NCBI RefSeq assembly: GCF_002087085.1
Contig: NZ_MWQY01000007.1
Span: forward strand, 1-64,000
Reading direction: 5' to 3'
Length of the DNA: 64,000 nt
The translations under genes and the position numbers were made by a program. The notes beneath the pieces are model-generated. The model was not told where the DNA came from and did not search any database. It saw only the letters and a list, made by a program, of their open reading frames with translations. Positions 38,679 to 48,438 of this stretch are shown in pieces. Within the stretch, counting starts at the first letter, position 1; the number at the start of each line of letters is the position of its first letter.

Positions 38679-40427
38679 CTATTCCGCCTTCCAGGGGACC
38701 GGATCCCCGGAGATCAGTTTCTTCGCATGCATTCTGGCTTCGTCGGCATCGGCGGCAGTCATGAGGCGGGAAGCAAGCTCGTCCAGAGTCGAAGCCCGGG
38801 TACCTGCAAGGCAGGCCTTGAGCTCCGGTATGGCATTGATCCCCGCGCTGATCTCATCCACCCCGAGGGCCAGGAGAGCCAGGGCTGAATCAGGATGGCT
38901 CGCCATATCCCCGCACACCCCCACGTGGATGCCCGCCTTATGGGCCCCCTCCACAATCCGGGAGATCGCTGCGAGAACCGCCGGATGGAATTCCTGATAA
39001 TAGGCTGAGACCCTGGGGTTTCCCCGATCCACGGTCAGAAGATACTGGACCAGGTCGTTGGTGCCGATGCTGATAAAATCCGCCTTTTCGGCAAGTCGGT
39101 CGACAATCATCACCGAAGCCGGGGTTTCCACCATGATTCCCACGGGCAGAGCTGAAGCTCCTGCCGGGACCAGGGAACGGACGGCGTCTATCTCCGAGGC
39201 GGAAATGACCATGGGTATCATCGCTTTGATCTGGTGGCCCTCTTCGAATACACGGGCAATGGCCTGTATCTGGATCTTCAGCTGGGTCTCCCGGGCAAGG
39301 AGATACCGGATACCCCGCTCCCCCAGGAAGGGATTGTCCTCCGGAGGGTGAGGAGCATAGGGCAGAGGCTTATCCGCACCGCAGTCCAGGAGACGGACGA
39401 TGACAGGGGCAGGAGCCATGGCCCTGCAGACTGCCCGGTACTCATCCGCCTGCTGGTCCAGCCCGGGAAAATCGGAAAAACGCATAAAGAGAAACTCCGT
39501 CCGAAAGAGTCCTATCCCCGCGGCTCCGAAAGAGGCGGCCTGTTCAGCTTCCGCGACTCCTCCGACATTGGCCATAAGGGCGTAGGGCTTTCCGTCCGCA
39601 AGTTCAGGAGCCGCCATTTTCGACCAGGTCCTGCGCTTTTCCTCCTCTTTCCGGGCAGTCTCTTTACGCTTCCGCGCCTCGCTGAGCTTTTTGTGGTCGA
39701 GATCGGTATCCACCGTGCCGGCATCACCGTCCACCAGGACCTGCTGACCGCTGCGAACCGCGGCAATCAGACCTTCCACACCGGTAACGCAGGGGATTGA
39801 GAGGGATCGGGCAAGAATGGCCGCATGGCTGGTTCTGCCGCCTTTTTCCGTAATGATTGCCGCCACCTGTTCGGTATCCAGGCGTGCCGTAGCCGAAGGG
39901 GTAAGCTCTTCGGCCACAATGACGCTGTTCTCCGGCAGTTCCGCAGGATCGCTGATGGACCCGTAGTAGATGGCTTCCGCAAGGCGGCGCCCGATGTCCC
40001 GCAGATCTCCCGCCCGCTGCCTGAAGTAATCCGACTCCAGCTCCTCGAACTCCCGGGCAGTCTCCTCGACAAAATCTATCACCGCCCGTTCCGCTATGGC
40101 CTCACGCTCCATGATGGCCTCTTCCACTGCTTCGGCCATATCTTCTCCGGTAAGAATCTCCAGATGACCTTCGAAGATTTCCGCCTCATCCTCTCCCAGC
40201 TTCTCCCGGATGCGCTCGATCAGGGCAGAGTAGTAGACCGCGGCCACCTTAATGCCCCGGCCGAAGCGTTCCATCTCGCTTTCGCTGCTCCGCCTGGTGT
40301 GAGACCGGGTTCCGCCGTCATTGCGGCTGGAGCTGGGTCCGGTACGTCCCAGGGGCACCTCCCGTTCATGGAGCAGGTAGACCGTACCGGCGCCTATCCC
40401 CGATGAGGAGGGAATTCCCGTCAGCAT
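38679..40427 (-). CDS. ptsI: PEP-protein phosphotransferase (PTS enzyme I)
   Basis: GGRTSHAAILAR, GLFRTEF, NPFLGERGIR, MVETP and SIGTNDL motifs. Confidence 0.96.
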   Translation of the reverse strand: MLTGIPSSSGIGAGTVYLLHEREVPLGRTGPSSSRNDGGTRSHTRRSSESEMERFGRGIKVAAVYYSALIERIREKLGEDEAEIFEGHLEILTGEDMAEAVEEAIMEREAIAERAVIDFVEETAREFEELESDYFRQRAGDLRDIGRRLAEAIYYGSISDPAELPENSVIVAEELTPSATARLDTEQVAAIITEKGGRTSHAAILARSLSIPCVTGVEGLIAAVRSGQQVLVDGDAGTVDTDLDHKKLSEARKRKETARKEEEKRRTWSKMAAPELADGKPYALMANVGGVAEAEQAASFGAAGIGLFRTEFLFMRFSDFPGLDQQADEYRAVCRAMAPAPVIVRLLDCGADKPLPYAPHPPEDNPFLGERGIRYLLARETQLKIQIQAIARVFEEGHQIKAMIPMVISASEIDAVRSLVPAGASALPVGIMVETPASVMIVDRLAEKADFISIGTNDLVQYLLTVDRGNPRVSAYYQEFHPAVLAAISRIVEGAHKAGIHVGVCGDMASHPDSALALLALGVDEISAGINAIPELKACLAGTRASTLDELASRLMTAADADEARMHAKKLISGDPVPWKAE

Positions 40428-40690
40428 TGGGGAGCACCCTCGGGCTGCAGAAGACCTGTCAGGGCTTCAAAAGCCTCCTTTTCGTCCGGCCCCTCGCAGA
40501 TCAGGGTTACCTCATCACCCTGGACAATACCCAGCTTCATGAGCTTGACAAGACTCTTGCCCGGGGCCTCCTTTCCGTTGCGTTTCAGAACAACCTGGGA
40601 CTCGAATTTCCTGACCTCTTTTACAAAACGATTCGCAGGCCGGGTATGAAGTCCCTCTTCATTGGTTACCACCAGGTTCCCTTTAAGCAT
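40421..40690 (-). CDS. ptsH: Phosphocarrier protein HPr
   Basis: GLHTRPA and KSLVKLM motifs; start after AAGGAGG. Confidence 0.92.
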   Translation of the reverse strand: MLKGNLVVTNEEGLHTRPANRFVKEVRKFESQVVLKRNGKEAPGKSLVKLMKLGIVQGDEVTLICEGPDEKEAFEALTGLLQPEGAPQC

Positions 40691-40712
40691 TGTATCCTCC
40701 TTGCCCTTAGCC

Positions 40713-41198
40713 TCAATCGAATTCCCCGGCTTCGAAGGCAGCTGCAAAATTCTGCAGTACAGAGACAGCTTCGTCGTTGTTTCGGGCGTTCCGAAGGGCG
40801 TACACATACTTTTCGCTGTCGCAGAGTTCGGCGATCTGGGGCACCGCCTCCTGGTTGTGCTCTTCCCGGTTGGCTGCACCGGCGAAGATCAGCACATCCA
40901 CCGGATCATTCTCTTCATCCCCGAACTCAACCGGCGAAGCCAGGGTAACCAGAGCATATCCCGTTTTCAGGACCCCGTTTTCCGGCTTGGCATGGGGCAT
41001 TGCAATGCCGGGAGCGACAATAAAATAGGGACCGATTTCCCTGTGGTTGCTGATCATCGTCTGGACGTAGCGGTCATCGATCAACCCTGCGTCGATCATC
41101 ATCCGGCCGCCGATTCTGACAGCTTCCTCCCAGTCACGTGCCGTACAACCGACCGCGATAGTCTTACTTTCAATCAATCTGTCCACAAAACAGGCCAT
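40713..41198 (-). CDS. PTS EIIA component (Fru/Mtl/ascorbate-type)
   Basis: GPYFIVAPGIAMPHA and PVEFG..ENDPV motifs. Confidence 0.9.
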   Translation of the reverse strand: MACFVDRLIESKTIAVGCTARDWEEAVRIGGRMMIDAGLIDDRYVQTMISNHREIGPYFIVAPGIAMPHAKPENGVLKTGYALVTLASPVEFGDEENDPVDVLIFAGAANREEHNQEAVPQIAELCDSEKYVYALRNARNNDEAVSVLQNFAAAFEAGEFD

Positions 41199-41274
41199 AC
41201 AGCCATCTCCTTTACTGATAGGGTGTGCTTCATCTATAATCGCCCACCGGAAAAACAGATCCTTTCCAATATAC

Positions 41275-41313
41275 TCCGTCGCAGGCGCCCTGTACTCAAG
41301 GATCTGCGACGGA
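41275..41313. terminator. Intra-operon stem-loop after mtlA
   Basis: TCCGTCGCAG...CTGCGACGGA 10-bp stem. Confidence 0.5.
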
Positions 41314-41338
41314 AGAAAAACACTTTATGTGCGTCTTA

Positions 41339-42727
41339 TTATACATCCACCGGGGTCTTGCCCGATAGTTCCGCCACAATCTCATCATACTCCGGGGCAT
41401 TCACAAAGTTGGTAATGCTGAAGTGCCTGGCGTTGGGTGCCGACTGGCGGGCACGCTCGGTCAGGTTGACGTGGGAGATAACCAGATCCGCATCCGTCGG
41501 AACTTCATCCACCGGCGCATGCTCCACGTGTACATTCAGCCCTGCGGCCTTGAGTTTTTTCTTCAGCCGGTTTGCCCCCATGGCGCTGGATCCCATTCCG
41601 GCGTCACAGGCAAATACGATCTTGGATACCCTGCCGAGTCCCTTGAAATCCTGGGTCTGCTTCTTTGCTGCCTCGAGTTTGTCACCGGCTTCACGGTTCA
41701 TCCTGTCGAAGCGACGGACAAAGGGCATGGCAACAATAAAGCTCACCGCGGTGGAGACGATAACGGCCATCAGGATTCCCAGGTGGCTGCCTTTCGCCGC
41801 AACGGCCATCAGGGCAAAGATGGACCCTGGCGAGGGGGTCGCGAAGGCTCCGGTGCTCAGAAGTACATTGGTCAGGACCCCGGAGAATCCACCTGCAATG
41901 ACCGCAAGAATAAGAACAGGATTCATCAGTACATAGGGGAAATAGATTTCGTGGATTCCGCCGAAGAAGTGGATGATGATGGCACCGGGAGTCGTGTCCC
42001 GTACGGTACCCTTGGTAAAGACGAGGTAAGCCAGGAGAATACCCAGGCCCGGACCGGGATTGGTTTCGATCAGGAAGAGAATCGACTTGCCGGTTTCCTG
42101 AACCTGCTGAACGCCCAGGGGACCAAAAACTCCGTGGTTGATCGCATTGTTCAGAAAAAGAATCTTACCCGGTTCCACCAGAATGGATGCCAGAGGCAGC
42201 AGACGCATGGAAATAATACTGTCGACACCGGCCATCAGGAAGTGGGAAAGACCATTGATTACCGGACCGATAACAATGAGACCCAGCAGGGAGAGAAGTC
42301 CCCCCATAATTCCGGCGGAAAAGTTATTGATGAGCATCTCGAAACCGACGGGAATGACGGGTTCAACCACTTCGTCCCATTTCTTGATCGCCCAGCCGCC
42401 CAGGGGTCCCATCATCATGGCGCCGAGGAACATGGGAACGTCCGCGCCGACAATTACGCCCATGGTTGCAATGACACCTACAACACCGCCCCGGACTCCC
42501 CAGACCAGTTTTCCACCGGTGTAGGCGATGAGCATCGGCAACATGTAGGTAATCATCGGTCCCACCAGGGCGGCCAGTTTCTCGCTGGGAAGCCAGCCGG
42601 TGGGAATGAAAAGTGCGGTAATGAGAGCCCATGCGAGGAAGGCCCCGATATTGGGCATTACCATACCGCTTAAGAATCTGCCGAACCTCTGAATATGGGC
42701 CCGGGCACCTAACGCAGTACCTTGCAT
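41339..42727 (-). CDS. mtlA: PTS mannitol transporter EIICB
   Basis: MVMPNIGAF, FLNNAINHG, GGIHEIYFPY and CDAGMGSSAMGA motifs. Confidence 0.96.
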   Translation of the reverse strand: MQGTALGARAHIQRFGRFLSGMVMPNIGAFLAWALITALFIPTGWLPSEKLAALVGPMITYMLPMLIAYTGGKLVWGVRGGVVGVIATMGVIVGADVPMFLGAMMMGPLGGWAIKKWDEVVEPVIPVGFEMLINNFSAGIMGGLLSLLGLIVIGPVINGLSHFLMAGVDSIISMRLLPLASILVEPGKILFLNNAINHGVFGPLGVQQVQETGKSILFLIETNPGPGLGILLAYLVFTKGTVRDTTPGAIIIHFFGGIHEIYFPYVLMNPVLILAVIAGGFSGVLTNVLLSTGAFATPSPGSIFALMAVAAKGSHLGILMAVIVSTAVSFIVAMPFVRRFDRMNREAGDKLEAAKKQTQDFKGLGRVSKIVFACDAGMGSSAMGANRLKKKLKAAGLNVHVEHAPVDEVPTDADLVISHVNLTERARQSAPNARHFSITNFVNAPEYDEIVAELSGKTPVDV

Positions 42728-42923
42728 ACAATACTCCTTTTTTCGTGTGCTTGTGAAATCATGCTACGCCCGGTTCCGGAATTCCCGCAACAAAAAGCAC
42801 TGCGATCCTGGCAGGTGGAAACTTGATTTAATTTGGCAGTTATGGTGAAACTCGAAAAATCCCGCGAAAAATGGAAATGGATATTTTTATACCAATATAG
42901 AATTGGATTCCCCGTGGCAGAAG

Positions 42924-42957
42924 ATTCAGGGGCGGCAGTCTTCCGCCGCCCCTGAAT
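42924..42957 (-). terminator. Hairpin terminator downstream of the rib operon
   Basis: ATTCAGGGGCGGC-8 nt-GCCGCCCCTGAAT. Confidence 0.7.
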
Positions 42958-42972
42958 TATCCTTTGAAGAAA

Positions 42973-43470
42973 CTAAAGATTCCGAAGTTTCTCCGTCAGG
43001 TCCGTCATCTCCAGGGCCGTTTCGGCGGCCTCCCAGCCCTTGTTGCCCGCCTTGGTTCCGGCCCGCTCCACAGCCTGTTCGATGCTCTCGGTGGTAAGGA
43101 CCCCGAACACCACAGGAACACAGCTTTCCAGACTGATCGCGGCGACCCCCTTGCTGACCTCGTTCGCGACATAATCGAAGTGTGGCGTACTCCCCCGGAT
43201 CACCGCCCCCAGGCAGATAACGGCGTCACAGGAGCCGGAAGTCGTACAACGCTTCGCCGCAAGGGGTATCTCCCAGGCCCCCGGAACCCGAACAATAGTC
43301 AGGTTCCCGTTCCGGACCCCATGACGGGACAGACAATCCAGGGCTCCTTCCAACAGACGTTCGGTAATAAAGGAATTGAAACGGCTCACCACCAGGGCGA
43401 AACTTTTACCTTCCCCGTTATGAAGGGACCCCTCCAGGGTTTTTACATCGGAATTGATATTCGCTGTCAT
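42973..43470 (-). CDS. ribH: 6,7-dimethyl-8-ribityllumazine synthase
   Basis: [26 protein letters not shown] and KAGNKG motifs. Confidence 0.97.
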   Translation of the reverse strand: MTANINSDVKTLEGSLHNGEGKSFALVVSRFNSFITERLLEGALDCLSRHGVRNGNLTIVRVPGAWEIPLAAKRCTTSGSCDAVICLGAVIRGSTPHFDYVANEVSKGVAAISLESCVPVVFGVLTTESIEQAVERAGTKAGNKGWEAAETALEMTDLTEKLRNL

Positions 43471-44708
43471 AGTGCAATCTCCTTGAGTTTCCGGGGCGCA
43501 TAATGCCCCATCTGATCTATCTTGGTTTGTACATACCGCAGGTTATGCCTGTTGGCGCCGTGATAGTGGGAGATTCTTTCCACCACCTCGATGCCCGCCC
43601 GTTCCAGGGCAGCCACTTTCTCAGGATTATTGGTCAGGAGCCGCAGCCTGGTGTAGCCCGCCTTTTTGAGGGCCGCAGCGGCGCTGCCGTACCGACGAAG
43701 ATCGGCCTCGTGCCCCAGAGCAATATTGGCGCTTACGGTATCCAGTCCCCGGTCCTGCAGGGTATAGGCCCGGATCTTTTCAAAGATGCCGATCCCCCGT
43801 CCTTCCTGCTTCAGATAAACCAGGGCGCCCCCTTCGGCGGCAATCCGGCTCAGGGCTGCAGTGAGCTGGGGACCGCAGTCGCAGCGCAGACTGTGAAAAC
43901 CGTCTCCCGTCAGGCACTCCGAATGAAGACGTACCAGGGGGACCTCGCCTCTATCCCTGCTTTCAAGGAGGAGCATCTCGGAGGCAGCAGCGTCTTCACA
44001 GCGGAAGGCCCGGATACGGAACTCGCCATGCTCCGTGGGCATCATTGCAGAGTCCGTCTCCTCCAGAACAATATCCCCCAGGGCTTCCCGGTAGGCGACG
44101 ATATCCTTCACGCTTATCAGGGGCATATCCCATTCCGCTGCCAGCTTTTCCAGCTCGGGGCCCCGGGCCATGCTCCCGTCCTCCTGCATGACCTCGCAGA
44201 TCAGCCCGCTCGGCTCAAGCCCCGCCAGTCGCGCCAGGTCGGCGGAGGCCTCGGTATGCCCCGGCCGGACCAGCACCCCGCCTTTTCTTGCCACCAGGGG
44301 AAACAGATGGCCCGGGCGGGTCAGCTGCTCCGGAACCGACCGGGGATCCGCCAGGATCCGTGCAGTCCGGGCCCTGTCCGCCCCGGAGATTCCGGTGCTG
44401 ATTCCCCGGGCGGCGTCAACGCTCACAGTAAAGGCCGTTCCCATAGCGTCGGTGTTGGAGGGTGTCTGGGGATGGAGCTGCAGACGCCGGGCGGTCTCTT
44501 CGGTGACGGACTGGCAGACCAGGCCCCGGCCATGGACGGCCATAAAGGCAACCATGCTTTCATCCGCCAGGGAGGCGGCTCCCACCAGATCGCCCTCGTT
44601 CTCCCGACCTTCGTCGTCCCGGACAAGGACCAGTCCGCCGGCCTTTATTTTCTCCAGGGCCTCCCGAACCTGTTCAAGTTTTTTTTCTATTCGTATCTTC
44701 CCGTTCAT
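43467..44708 (-). CDS. ribBA: Bifunctional DHBP synthase / GTP cyclohydrolase II
   Basis: [26 protein letters not shown] and QEGRGIG motifs. Confidence 0.96.
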   Translation of the reverse strand: MNGKIRIEKKLEQVREALEKIKAGGLVLVRDDEGRENEGDLVGAASLADESMVAFMAVHGRGLVCQSVTEETARRLQLHPQTPSNTDAMGTAFTVSVDAARGISTGISGADRARTARILADPRSVPEQLTRPGHLFPLVARKGGVLVRPGHTEASADLARLAGLEPSGLICEVMQEDGSMARGPELEKLAAEWDMPLISVKDIVAYREALGDIVLEETDSAMMPTEHGEFRIRAFRCEDAAASEMLLLESRDRGEVPLVRLHSECLTGDGFHSLRCDCGPQLTAALSRIAAEGGALVYLKQEGRGIGIFEKIRAYTLQDRGLDTVSANIALGHEADLRRYGSAAAALKKAGYTRLRLLTNNPEKVAALERAGIEVVERISHYHGANRHNLRYVQTKIDQMGHYAPRKLKEIAL

Positions 44709-44737
44709 ACTCTCTGCTCCTCTTGATTACGGGGCAC

Positions 44738-45391
44738 CTAAACATACCCCAGGGATTCGAGCCTTGCGCGGCTCAAGCCCGCTCCGGTTTTTGTCCCGTC
44801 GCCGGAGAATTCCAGCATGCGGGCCACATAGCGTCCAATAATATCCACCTCGATGTTTATACCGTCCCCCGTTTTACGCTCCGACAGAACCGTCTCCCTC
44901 CAGGTAAGGGGAATCACGTTTACCCGTACCCGGGAACCTGAAATCCCGGCAATGGTCAGGCTCACACCGTCCAGGGCGATGGAGCCCTCGGCTACGCAGA
45001 GGGGCAGAAGTTCATCCGGCAGTTTTACCGAAAGAAAGACGTTCTTATCCTCGATTCTGAGTTCTGCAATCCTCCCCACAGCGTCAATATGCCCCTGCAC
45101 GAGATGACCACCCAGCCGGTCCCCCAGGGACATGGCCCGCTCCAGGTTTACTCTGCGCCCCTGCCGGAAATGACCCAGGGTCGTCTTTTTCAGAGTCGCC
45201 GCCAGGGCCTCGACGCAAAACGCTCCATCCCGAATCGCCGTGACCGTCTGGCATACACCGTCCAGGGAAATGGAATCACCCACGGCGCTTCCCTCCAGAA
45301 CCTTCGCACAGGCAATCTCCATATGCTGATACTCGCCCTGACGCCGCAGGGAACGGATAGTCCCGATCTCCTCAACAAGTCCCGTGAACAT
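44738..45391 (-). CDS. ribE: Riboflavin synthase (alpha)
   Basis: Starts MFTGLVEE; VNLERA, GGHLVQGH and DGVSLT motifs. Confidence 0.96.
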   Translation of the reverse strand: MFTGLVEEIGTIRSLRRQGEYQHMEIACAKVLEGSAVGDSISLDGVCQTVTAIRDGAFCVEALAATLKKTTLGHFRQGRRVNLERAMSLGDRLGGHLVQGHIDAVGRIAELRIEDKNVFLSVKLPDELLPLCVAEGSIALDGVSLTIAGISGSRVRVNVIPLTWRETVLSERKTGDGINIEVDIIGRYVARMLEFSGDGTKTGAGLSRARLESLGYV

Positions 45392-46547
45392 ACGCTGCCT
45401 CCTGTACCGTGAAATTACTTCGCAGCTCTTCGAGCCAGCCGGAACGGTAGGCATCAAAAAGCTGCTGGTCTCCGATCCTGAACCAGTTGACCCCTTCAAA
45501 GGCAAGGCCGTCTCCTGCCCTGGTGATTCCGAGGTCTCCCACGGCCTCCACGCCCGAACCGAGAAGCACGGGAGCGACGAAGGCGCTGAGGCGGTCATAC
45601 AATCGATGCTTCAGGAAGGATGTCAGGAGACCGGAACCTCCTTCCACGAGCAGGGACCCGATCCCCTGCGCATAAAGCAGATCCAGGGCGGACGACAGGT
45701 CTGCCTTTCCTGTCGAATCAGGCTCTGCATACAGAACCCGTACTCCCCGCTGTTCAAGTCTGTGCTTCACGTCAAAAAAGTTTTCCGTCACATCTTCCGA
45801 CGGAACCGCCAGAACAATCAGCTCATCTCCCCGCTCCCTCACCAGTCGGGATTCAAGGGGAATTTTCAGGGAGGAGTCGAATACGACAGGACGGGGACTG
45901 TGTCCTTCAACGAGACGGGTAGAAAGTTCGGGGTCGTCCGCCAGCACGGTGCCGATCCCCACGGCGATGGCATCCCGCTCGGACCGGAACCTGTGCCCAA
46001 CCCGGCGGGCGGACTCATCGCTTATCCAGCGGGAATCCCCCCCGGCTGCGGCGATACGGCCATCCAGGCTCATGGCGCATTTCAGATGAACAAAGGGGCG
46101 GGAGAGGACCATCCTGGTATTGAAGGCGTCATTGAAACGCCAGAAGGCTTCGTTTTCCTCGCTGAGACTCACCCCGATGCCGACCTCCCGCAGGGCCAGA
46201 ACTCCCCTTCCGCTGACCTTCGGATTCGGGTCAGGCTGACCGATGTGTACATGCCGCACCCCGGCGGCGATAATCCGCTCCGTACAGGGAGGCTGAAGCT
46301 TCTCCGGCGATCTGTAGGAGCAGGGTTCAAGGCTGCAGTAGAGTTCCGCTCCCCCGGCTTCGGATCCGGCGGCTTCAAGGGCCGCGGCTTCCGCATGGAG
46401 GTCGCCATGGCGGCGGTGGCAGCCCTCGGCGATGATCCGACCGTCTTTGACCAGGACTGCCCCGACCATGGGATTCGGAGAGGTCCTGCCCCGACCCCTG
46501 GCGGCAAGCTCGAGGGTCCTTTCAAAGAAAAATGAGTCTATGTTCAT
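45372..46547 (-). CDS. ribD: Bifunctional deaminase/reductase RibD
   Basis: PNPMVGA, HAE, LEPC...PPC, SLDG and VEGG motifs. Confidence 0.96.
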   Translation of the reverse strand: MNIDSFFFERTLELAARGRGRTSPNPMVGAVLVKDGRIIAEGCHRRHGDLHAEAAALEAAGSEAGGAELYCSLEPCSYRSPEKLQPPCTERIIAAGVRHVHIGQPDPNPKVSGRGVLALREVGIGVSLSEENEAFWRFNDAFNTRMVLSRPFVHLKCAMSLDGRIAAAGGDSRWISDESARRVGHRFRSERDAIAVGIGTVLADDPELSTRLVEGHSPRPVVFDSSLKIPLESRLVRERGDELIVLAVPSEDVTENFFDVKHRLEQRGVRVLYAEPDSTGKADLSSALDLLYAQGIGSLLVEGGSGLLTSFLKHRLYDRLSAFVAPVLLGSGVEAVGDLGITRAGDGLAFEGVNWFRIGDQQLFDAYRSGWLEELRSNFTVQEAAYVHGTC

Positions 46548-46598
46548 AAACGCTCCCGGTCGGGGCGCACAGGTATGGCGGGAGACCCGTCATGGCAC

Positions 46599-46624
46599 AA
46601 AAAAACCCGGGCATAACGCCCGGG
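46599..46624 (-). terminator. Riboswitch-controlled intrinsic terminator upstream of ribD
   Basis: Minus strand CCCGGGCG-TTA-TGCCCGGG-TTTTTTT. Confidence 0.85.
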
Positions 46625-46714
46625 GCCTTTTGTTCACGACGGGAGGCAGGACAGGGATACTCACCTGAGACGGCATATACTTATGCCGCGGTACACGGAC
46701 GATCCCCGTTCCAC

Positions 46715-46863
46715 TGGTTTTCTCCCATCCGGACTGTACCGTCGGTACCGGAATTTCACCGGTTCAGCTCTCTTTCAGCGAATATCGCCGAGAACTCGCG
46801 GACTTTAACCGCCGGTCGGGAATTGTCGAAGAATCAGATCGACGCACCCTGCCCCGAAAACCG
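46715..46863 (-). ncRNA. FMN riboswitch (RFN element)
   Basis: Minus strand GGGGCAGGGTG...AATTCCCGACCGGCGGT...AGTCCGCGA...CCGGTGAAATTCCGGTACCGACGGTACAGTCCGGATGGGAGAA, upstream of ribD. Confidence 0.95.
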
Positions 46864-46912
46864 GGACCAGATTACAGAATTTTCCACCAGGGCGTCAAGA
46901 CTCCGGTTTTCC

Positions 46913-47188
46913 CTATCGCCGTCCCGTCAGCTTTATTATGTGATGTCCGAACTGGGTGGAAACAACGGGACTGATGCTTCCCACGGACATCTTTTTACAG
47001 GCCTCTTCAAATTTGGGAACCATCTTTCCCGGACCGAACCAGCCCAGGTCTCCCCCCTTCGATTTTGACGGACAGGTGGAAAAATCCCTGGCAAGGGCAG
47101 CGAAATTTCCCCCGGATTTGATTCTCTTTAACAGCTCCTGCGCAAGGGCCCGGTCCTTGACCAGAATGTGACTGGCTCTCCACTCCAC
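46913..47188 (-). CDS. ppiC: Parvulin-type peptidyl-prolyl isomerase
   Basis: ASHILV, S.CPS...GGDLGWF and TQFGHHII motifs. Confidence 0.9.
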   Translation of the reverse strand: MEWRASHILVKDRALAQELLKRIKSGGNFAALARDFSTCPSKSKGGDLGWFGPGKMVPKFEEACKKMSVGSISPVVSTQFGHHIIKLTGRR

Positions 47189-47259
47189 CCGGCGGCCTCC
47201 TTATCGATTTTGGTTTCTACTATATACGGCATTTTCCGTTTTTCGCAATCCTGGCGGAC

Positions 47260-47742
47260 TCAGTCTCCCCGAATAATCTCCACACTCTCCGGAGAGGGAC
47301 GCTGCCGCAGCTCTTCCCAGGAGCTGAGGGCGAAGCGCAGTACAGCACAGTCGCCGGTACCCAGGGGGGTACTTTTTCCCCCCAGCAGGGAAGCGGTTTC
47401 CTCAAAAGCGGGATTATGCCCCACCAGAAGTACCCTGTCCAGGGAGTTGTCCAGGCCGGTGATAAACTCGATGAGGGAGGAGTCGTCGATATTGTACAGC
47501 TCATCCCGGGCGTCCACAGGTTCGGGATACTCCGTCTCCTGGGCGCAGATTTCCGCCGTTGCCCGGGCCCTGACCGCGGATGAGGTGATTATGCGATCCG
47601 GAACAAGGCCGGTCTTCTTCAGGTATCCTCCGATATGTCTCGCCTGAGTGACTCCCCGTCCCTTGAGTTCCCTGTCCCAGTCACGGGTGTAGCCTCCGCG
47701 ATGGGTTTTTCCATGTCGTAAGAGAAGCAGAGTTTTCAGCAT
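47260..47742 (-). CDS. SixA-like phosphohistidine phosphatase
   Basis: LLRHGK, SSAVRA..TA and LVGHNP motifs. Confidence 0.87.
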   Translation of the reverse strand: MLKTLLLLRHGKTHRGGYTRDWDRELKGRGVTQARHIGGYLKKTGLVPDRIITSSAVRARATAEICAQETEYPEPVDARDELYNIDDSSLIEFITGLDNSLDRVLLVGHNPAFEETASLLGGKSTPLGTGDCAVLRFALSSWEELRQRPSPESVEIIRGD

Positions 47743-47838
47743 AGGTGCCTCCTGCCTTAATATTAATACCGATCAACATTTATCGTAAACCGCTAATACC
47801 CTTAACGAAAACAATACTCTGGGGTAATATGGGTCGAA

Positions 47839-48438
47839 ATGAACACAATTCTTCAGGACCTCCATATCCATACCGTCTACTCCGTCGGGGACAGCGCTGT
47901 AGTTCCCCAGATGACCATAGATTTTATCGCCTCCCTGGAACACGCCGATATCCGCGGCATAAGCGACCACTTCGAGTACCTTCAGGGCGAAATTTTCGAG
48001 ACTTACCGGCATGACGTAAGGGCCCACGGGTTTTATCTCGGCTGTGAAATAAACACCGGCGAAGAGACCCGGGAAGCTGTTGAGTACCCTTACGACTATT
48101 TTATCTACCACTGCAGGGACAGAGAAAGCGAATACCGCGGGGCGGAATTTCTGGTCTCCACCGGCAAGCCGGTCATCATCAGCCATCCCATGGCCATGGG
48201 AGCGAACCTCGCCAGGGTGCCCCGGGAGTGTTTTATCGAGATAAATAACCGCTATATCTGGCGGGGAGACTACATGAACTACTTCTCGCCCTGGACGGGG
48301 GAGTTCAATTTTGTTTTCGGTTCAGACGCCCATCAGCCGAACTGGCTGAACCAGACCATCGCCCGAAAAGCGGCAGGGGACCTGGGAATAGAGGAGAGCA
48401 TCCTTTTCCCGAAGCCTACACCTGCAGGGACTCGATGA
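47839..48438 (+). CDS. PHP-domain metallophosphoesterase
   Basis: DLHIHT, SDH, GCE, SHP, EIN and GSDAH motifs. Confidence 0.85.
   Translation: MNTILQDLHIHTVYSVGDSAVVPQMTIDFIASLEHADIRGISDHFEYLQGEIFETYRHDVRAHGFYLGCEINTGEETREAVEYPYDYFIYHCRDRESEYRGAEFLVSTGKPVIISHPMAMGANLARVPRECFIEINNRYIWRGDYMNYFSPWTGEFNFVFGSDAHQPNWLNQTIARKAAGDLGIEESILFPKPTPAGTR

Noticed and set aside
40421..40879. Extended starts in the ORF track (HPr 152 aa; also ltaE, ribE, addA, mtlD)
   Set aside because: The upstream extensions overlap neighbouring genes. Downstream ATGs with RBS and family-typical N-termini were used instead.
40662..42673. Long plus-strand ORFs (424 and 416 aa)
   Set aside because: Antisense to mtlA/EIIA; an expected by-product of GC-biased codon usage, like similar shadows over aroA, ribBA, ribD, GH65 and addAB.
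42809..42853. TGGCAG...GAAACT direct repeats upstream of mtlA
   Set aside because: A plausible PRD-regulator site, but too short and irregular to support.
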